Positions 15,953 to 20,000 of a stretch of 20,000 bases of DNA are shown here, piece after piece. The position numbers and the translations under genes are program-made. The stretch lies in IMG/VR virus record IMGVR_UViG_3300009174_000005. One strand, 5' to 3'. The DNA is from an uncultured virus (IMG/VR IMGVR_UViG_3300009174_000005). Lineage: Duplodnaviria; Heunggongvirae; Uroviricota; Caudoviricetes. Below the pieces are notes generated by a model. It had not been told where the DNA came from and searched no databases. It worked only from the letters and a program-made list of their open reading frames with translations. How positions within the stretch are numbered: position 1 is the first letter of the stretch; each line of letters opens with the position of its first letter.

Positions 15953-15969
15953 AGCAATCTTCATGCCAA
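15953..15969 (-). promoter_or_regulatory. Sigma54 (RpoN) -24/-12 consensus site
   Basis: Minus strand TTGGCATGAAGATTGCT matches YTGGCACGRNNNTTGCW with one mismatch and exact GG-N10-GC spacing. It is intergenic. Confidence 0.55.
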
Positions 15970-15997
15970 CTATTTTCGAGAATCTTTGCTAGGGGGC

Positions 15998-16026
15998 TTG
16001 ACACGATAGGATAGCTGTCCTAAGAT
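15998..16026 (+). promoter_or_regulatory. Sigma70-type phage promoter (family member 4)
   Basis: TTGACA-cgataggatagctgtcc(17)-TAAGAT-acatcc-ATACAAGAGAGAGGGAGACAAAACAA-ATG. Confidence 0.8.
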
Positions 16027-16058
16027 ACATCCATACAAGAGAGAGGGAGACAAAACAA

Positions 16059-16379
16059 ATGCCTAACTGCAATCAAGCTACCTACGACGACGTTGCCGAG
16101 CAAGGCGCGTTACACTGTGAGCAAGTACAGCAAATCACCCCTGAAGTTGGAATGGGCGTCACCTACCTCTGCGGAAGCGACCGTTACCCCTACACGATCA
16201 TCAAGGTAAACACACCCCGCAAGCTCACGATCCGAGAGGACAACACGGGGTACAAGCGGATCGCCCGAGACGCCAAGCCGAGGGCGATCCGTCTGCACAA
16301 GTCCGGTCACTGGTTCGACACGGACGGCATGCAGTATCGGGTCGGGGATCGGGAATCGTATTTAGACCCTAGTTTCTAG
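16059..16379 (+). CDS. Conserved phage hypothetical protein (C-terminal Y-x-DPSF family)
   Basis: Motifs PEVGMGVT..GSDRYPYTII and GDRESYLDPSF. It is the first gene after the promoter. Confidence 0.75.
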   Translation: MPNCNQATYDDVAEQGALHCEQVQQITPEVGMGVTYLCGSDRYPYTIIKVNTPRKLTIREDNTGYKRIARDAKPRAIRLHKSGHWFDTDGMQYRVGDRESYLDPSF

Positions 16380-16381
16380 GT

Positions 16382-16456
16382 AGAGTCTTCAAATCTGCCC
16401 ATCGTTTGCTGTAATACGAATGCTGCAATTTAACGATGTGCAGGATTGAGTACTTT
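16382..16456 (+). other. Long imperfect intergenic RNA hairpin (RNase III site-like or cis-regulatory RNA)
   Basis: AGAGTCTTCAAATCTGCCCATCGTT pairs with AACGATGTGCAGGATTGAGTACTTT, with an inner TTGC/GCAA stem. There is no long U-tract. Confidence 0.5.
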
Positions 16457-16479
16457 AACTCTCAAAGGGAGACAGGTAC

Positions 16480-16761
16480 ATGGCAGCTAATAAAACAATC
16501 CGCGTATACCGTACTACCGTGGCAGGCATTCTTAAGTTAGGTAAATTCCGTTGGATCGTATCCGACGAAGGTGACCCCGGATTTCGAGTTTTCGGTGTAG
16601 AGGTCTATTATTACAAGTGGAGTGATACCCCTCTAGTGTATAAGTGTGATGAAGCTTCCCCGCGTTACCGTCTCGCTTGCAAGCAGGAGATTGCACTCGA
16701 TGCAAATGTATGGTGTCTTTGCGGCAGTCCTGCTGCTGACAGAGTACCTATTGGAGAGTAG
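16480..16761 (+). CDS. Hypothetical phage protein (four Cys)
   Basis: GGGAGACAG RBS, the same leader motif as in the promoter family. Confidence 0.65.
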   Translation: MAANKTIRVYRTTVAGILKLGKFRWIVSDEGDPGFRVFGVEVYYYKWSDTPLVYKCDEASPRYRLACKQEIALDANVWCLCGSPAADRVPIGE

Positions 16762-16763
16762 CT

Positions 16764-16955
16764 ATGACTAAAACCCGCTTCTCTAAAAAGTGGCTACTCG
16801 ACAAGTTAAACACTGAAATAGACAGATACGAAACTGGTGAGCACAGGTTCCACTCGCGCAGTGGATACGACCAAGTTAAGCATAAGGATATGAGTGTAAT
16901 TGTCGAATACGGCAAATACGCTAAACTGGTGGACCTGCTAGAAGAGTTGAGCTAA
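16764..16955 (+). CDS. Hypothetical phage protein
   Basis: GGAGAG RBS; 63 aa. Confidence 0.65.
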   Translation: MTKTRFSKKWLLDKLNTEIDRYETGEHRFHSRSGYDQVKHKDMSVIVEYGKYAKLVDLLEELS

Positions 16956-16963
16956 GCAAGGTA

Positions 16964-16992
16964 TTGACACGGTAACAAGTCTGCTGTATCAT
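16964..16992 (+). promoter_or_regulatory. Sigma70-type phage promoter (family member 5)
   Basis: TTGACA-cggtaacaagtctgctg(17)-TATCAT-acgccc-ATACTAAAGACAGGGAGACAGACAA-ATG. Confidence 0.8.
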
Positions 16993-17023
16993 ACGCCCAT
17001 ACTAAAGACAGGGAGACAGACAA

Positions 17024-17209
17024 ATGACGTGGAAAGAATTCAAAGACACTATCGAAATGGTAGACAAGCGTATGTCTGAGCTGCTGCTTGTCAAGTCACA
17101 TGACGATGCACATTTCAACGCAATCGATGGACAGGAAGCCCATATTTCTCAAATTACTGGATTCATCTTTAGCCTTCCTGATGGATTGACAATCGAAATC
17201 ACTATTTGA
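17024..17209 (+). CDS. Hypothetical protein, MTWxEFK family
   Basis: Follows a promoter and leader. Its N-terminus MTWKEFKDTIE resembles that of 13910..14080. Confidence 0.7.
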   Translation: MTWKEFKDTIEMVDKRMSELLLVKSHDDAHFNAIDGQEAHISQITGFIFSLPDGLTIEITI

Positions 17210-17219
17210 CCATAGGACC

Positions 17220-17540
17220 TTGGCACCCATGGCTATCACACACACCCATCAAAAATCCTCTTGGATTGCTACCGTTGCGTATCGCCGTTTAAACGACGGC
17301 ACTGCTACAGGTGGCACCGTCTATCTAGCTTTATTTCTGTCATCGGATAAAGCTATCCTGCTAGCGTATCCTCAAATTCCGTCATGGGTGCCAGGGTTGC
17401 TTTCAGCTGGTGTATCTGCTAAAGGCAAATCGAGATCTACAGGCCGCGCGTACAATCGAGTTCTAAAAGGTAAGTACCCTAGTCAGACTGTTGAAGGCAG
17501 CGCGCAAGTAGCTAAATTAGCTGAAATGATGGGAGTGTAA
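17220..17540 (+). CDS. KTSC-domain-like protein
   Basis: SSWIATVAY...LALF...YPQIP...L..A...STGRAYNRVLKGKY fits the KTSC pattern (SSxIxxVxY..LxxxF..YxxVP..SxGxxxNxxIKxxY). The start may be ATG 17229. Confidence 0.65.
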   Translation: MAPMAITHTHQKSSWIATVAYRRLNDGTATGGTVYLALFLSSDKAILLAYPQIPSWVPGLLSAGVSAKGKSRSTGRAYNRVLKGKYPSQTVEGSAQVAKLAEMMGV

Positions 17541-17547
17541 AAAGATC

Positions 17548-17973
17548 GTGGCAAATAAGTTAGACAAGCTAGTGCAAAAATACCAGTGTCCCGGATGCGT
17601 GTACGGATCTAACCCTAAATGCGGTTCTTACAAACCAGACCAATACGGGTGTTCTTCTCATGTACCAGGTACATGGTTCAGCGGTGTCGCTAACCTTATC
17701 GTACTGGGCTTACCTAAAGGATTCAATAGAGTAATTACAAGAGAGAACGACGGTAAGACTACTAGAGTACGTGTACACACGTTAGAAGCTAAACCCTTAT
17801 ATGACCATCTAAACGTACCTGTGTGGGCTATGGAGCTAGACGGCGCTTTGTTTGTTCGCGGATACTCCCCTAGAATTGACTGTACCTTTATCGACGTGAT
17901 CGAGGGGGGAACACTGGCAGACATCCCGGCTGGCACTATCGACGTAAGTAAGTTTATTAATGACATTGATTAA
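17548..17973 (+). CDS. Conserved phage protein with N-terminal Cys cluster (putative Zn-binding)
   Basis: QCPGC..KC..CSSH, followed by LGLPKGFNR and WAMELDGALFVRGYSPR. Confidence 0.7.
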   Translation: MANKLDKLVQKYQCPGCVYGSNPKCGSYKPDQYGCSSHVPGTWFSGVANLIVLGLPKGFNRVITRENDGKTTRVRVHTLEAKPLYDHLNVPVWAMELDGALFVRGYSPRIDCTFIDVIEGGTLADIPAGTIDVSKFINDID

Positions 17974-17987
17974 ATAGGGAGGGACTA

Positions 17988-18224
17988 GTGCAGATGCCTA
18001 GCGATTACGATTCAATCGACATTGAAAGCTTAAAATATGAAACCTTGTACTATGAATTCGTAGAACACGGTAATAGATACTACGGCCGTGTTTACCATTT
18101 AGACGAAGACGGCGAAGACGAAATCACTGTATTTCAATCTGCAAAAGTCGATTCTGAGGCAGAAGCGCTAGACGCGTGCTATGACTGGTTGTTAGCTAAC
18201 GGTCTAGAAGCGGACGTATTGTAA
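17988..18224 (+). CDS. Highly acidic small protein
   Basis: GGGAGG RBS. About 20 D/E against 4 K/R in 78 aa, and Tyr-rich. Confidence 0.7.
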   Translation: MQMPSDYDSIDIESLKYETLYYEFVEHGNRYYGRVYHLDEDGEDEITVFQSAKVDSEAEALDACYDWLLANGLEADVL

Positions 18225-18526
18225 TGACCGGTAAAGAATACGCAGACGAAACCCCAACAGACACATTCAACCGTATCGTGACAGCTGCTATATTAACATA
18301 CGAAGCAGCTACAGGTCTTGTAACTAACGAATATAGAATACTGCGAGGATTCAACGAAGATCTGTCACCACGTATCAGTATTAAATTCAAGAAAGGATTT
18401 TCGAAAACTGAAATCATTGCATATCTAAAGCAATCTAAAGCAGAGAATAAAGATCGCACGTCTATATTGCAAACTATCTTCGGCGGGGTAGACACTCGCG
18501 ACGATGACAATGATAAGATTTCATAA
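18224..18526 (+). CDS. Hypothetical phage protein
   Basis: TAATG coupling; 100 aa. Confidence 0.6.
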   Translation: MTGKEYADETPTDTFNRIVTAAILTYEAATGLVTNEYRILRGFNEDLSPRISIKFKKGFSKTEIIAYLKQSKAENKDRTSILQTIFGGVDTRDDDNDKIS

Positions 18527-18775
18527 ATGGACGCAATGACAGATAGACAGCGTGAGTTTTATAAATTTACTGTGCTAGCACAAGGGCTAACACGTGGCGA
18601 TAGAGACGTGCTAGTATTAGGTAGAGCGTACGATGAAAACGGCACACTTGGAGAGTTTCGCGTTATATCGTGTAATAGGGTAGCTGAATTCATGTGGCAG
18701 TCTGGTATCGCGCGCTTGCCTACTATCCCTGCTACGATCCTACCTGATACACCTACAGGCCCGAAGAGAATCTAG
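18527..18775 (+). CDS. Hypothetical phage protein
   Basis: Abuts the upstream stop; 82 aa. Confidence 0.55.
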   Translation: MDAMTDRQREFYKFTVLAQGLTRGDRDVLVLGRAYDENGTLGEFRVISCNRVAEFMWQSGIARLPTIPATILPDTPTGPKRI

Positions 18776-18779
18776 CAAG

Positions 18780-20000
18780 GTGAATACCTTCAGTCTGACA
18801 CCTAGGGACGTAGGATTACCTCTTAAATTCACGTCTTACTACCCACAACAACAAGCGGCACTTGTATCTCTACTAACCTCATCTTGTCGATTTTCAATCC
18901 TGCACGCGCCGACCGCATCAGGCAAAACAGCTATCTACATCTCTCTAGCGAGGATACTCGGGTTGCGTACTTTGATCCTTGTATCTAGTAAAGCATTACA
19001 ACAACAGATAGTAGACGATTTTAAGATCTTATCAATTGAAGGCCATAGTAACTACTGTCCTGGTGTACGAGATGGAGATTATTGCAGCGATCAATATTGC
19101 AGATATAAATCTCTAGTACAACACGCGCAGTCTGAATCAGTTGTTTTAACAAATTACGCACATCATGTGACTATCGCACAGGTGCATTCCCGCTCTAATT
19201 CATTCAACGCGCCTTATTCTCTAGGCTCATTCGACTTATTAATTCTAGACGAAGCACACGGCGCGCATGATGCATTAGCAGATTCAATCGCCGTAACACT
19301 CGACCGCAATAGAGTATTCAAATCTGCTAGCTTGCGTCTACCTGCAATCACTGACAACGTAATAGACGTCTGGAAGCCGTGGGCGGCTGAGTGCCTATCG
19401 ACAATAGATCGTATTGACACACGTAAACAAGATAAATGGCAGAAATCATTAGCACGTGATTTATCAACGTTTCTATCTGGAGTTGATACAGAGCCGTGGG
19501 TTGCACGGTTAAACGAATCAAAAGTAGAGTTAAACCCCGTAATGTCTATTAATTACGCTGAGAGGTTTTTATTCCGCAATACGTCTAGAGTGGTATTAAC
19601 TTCAGCGTCTATAACTAAATCACATGGTGATGATCTAGGCATTCCTGTAGATGGTATAACATGTGATTATCACGAGATACAATCATCTATACCATCAGCA
19701 CGTAGACCTGTTTATTATTTACCATCGGCACCGGCAATTCGTGTAGACAGTAAAACAACAGAGGGACAATATCGAATACTAATTAATCACATGAATAAGA
19801 TAGTAGATTCTAGACTACACGCAAAAGGTATCATTCAATCACAGTCGTACCACCTTGCAGAACGTGTAGCAGAATTATCCGCGCATAAGGAATTACTAAT
19901 CACACATGACAAAGGCGAGGGACGTGAAGCAGTAGCGTTATTTCGTTCCATCCCTCCGCCAGCTGTATTGGTATCTCCGGCAGTTAAAGAAGGGTTTGAC
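18780..20000 (+). CDS. DinG/XPD-family SF2 DEAH helicase (3'-truncated; absent from ORF track)
   Basis: GTG at 18780, open to the window end (407 codons). Q-motif YPQQ, Walker A HAPTASGKT (18903-18929), motif Ia SSKALQQQI, EGHSNYC, VVLTNYA, Walker B LILDEAH (DEAH 19248-19259), motif III LTSAS, motif IV KGIIQSQSY, motif V VLVSPAVKEGFD. Confidence 0.9.
   Translation, partial: MNTFSLTPRDVGLPLKFTSYYPQQQAALVSLLTSSCRFSILHAPTASGKTAIYISLARILGLRTLILVSSKALQQQIVDDFKILSIEGHSNYCPGVRDGDYCSDQYCRYKSLVQHAQSESVVLTNYAHHVTIAQVHSRSNSFNAPYSLGSFDLLILDEAHGAHDALADSIAVTLDRNRVFKSASLRLPAITDNVIDVWKPWAAECLSTIDRIDTRKQDKWQKSLARDLSTFLSGVDTEPWVARLNESKVELNPVMSINYAERFLFRNTSRVVLTSASITKSHGDDLGIPVDGITCDYHEIQSSIPSARRPVYYLPSAPAIRVDSKTTEGQYRILINHMNKIVDSRLHAKGIIQSQSYHLAERVAELSAHKELLITHDKGEGREAVALFRSIPPPAVLVSPAVKEGFD

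Noticed and set aside
15724..15954. Plus-strand 76-aa ORF
   Set aside because: It spans the divergent promoter region and lies antisense to a real gene.
16380..16470. tRNA in the intergenic gap
   Set aside because: No cloverleaf or T-loop GTTCRA motif; it folds as a single long hairpin.
12254..17026. Dispersed repeats interpreted as a CRISPR array, attC cassette array or att sites
   Set aside because: They are irregularly spaced on both strands, have exact -35/17/-10/RBS geometry, and there is no cas gene or integrase in the window.
1..20000. Stop-codon reassignment suggested by abundant TAG trinucleotides
   Set aside because: Long genes are intact and tightly packed under the standard code, and TAG ends several genes (e.g. 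16379, 16761, 18775).

Overview
This 20-kb window looks like part of a tailed dsDNA bacteriophage genome (siphovirus-like; host not identifiable from sequence), roughly 43% GC by eye. (i) 1-10354 (+) is the end of the tail module: tape measure protein (open from the window edge), a tail-tip/hub protein with an inserted LamG domain, a 738-aa beta-helix/tailspike-like mosaic protein that unusually starts with a Sec-type signal peptide, a conserved ~280-aa tail protein, a collar/His-tip tail fibre and a Cys-containing putative fibre chaperone. (ii) 10346-12465 (-) holds small genes ending in two paralogous secreted proteins that share a CxRPYLGxC motif. (iii) 12682-13797 (+) is a small membrane/holin-like cassette with no endolysin. 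(iv) 13910-18775 contains two divergent arrays of small early-type genes. Five near-identical sigma70-type promoters (TTGACACG-...-TANNNT, four with a shared ATAC..GGGAGACA leader, one leaderless) drive regions ii and iv, and a consensus sigma54 site and long RNA hairpins are also present. (v) 18780->20000 is a compact DinG/XPD-family helicase missed by the ORF track. No tRNA, rRNA, CRISPR array, integrase or transposase was seen. All product calls come from motif recognition, not database searches.
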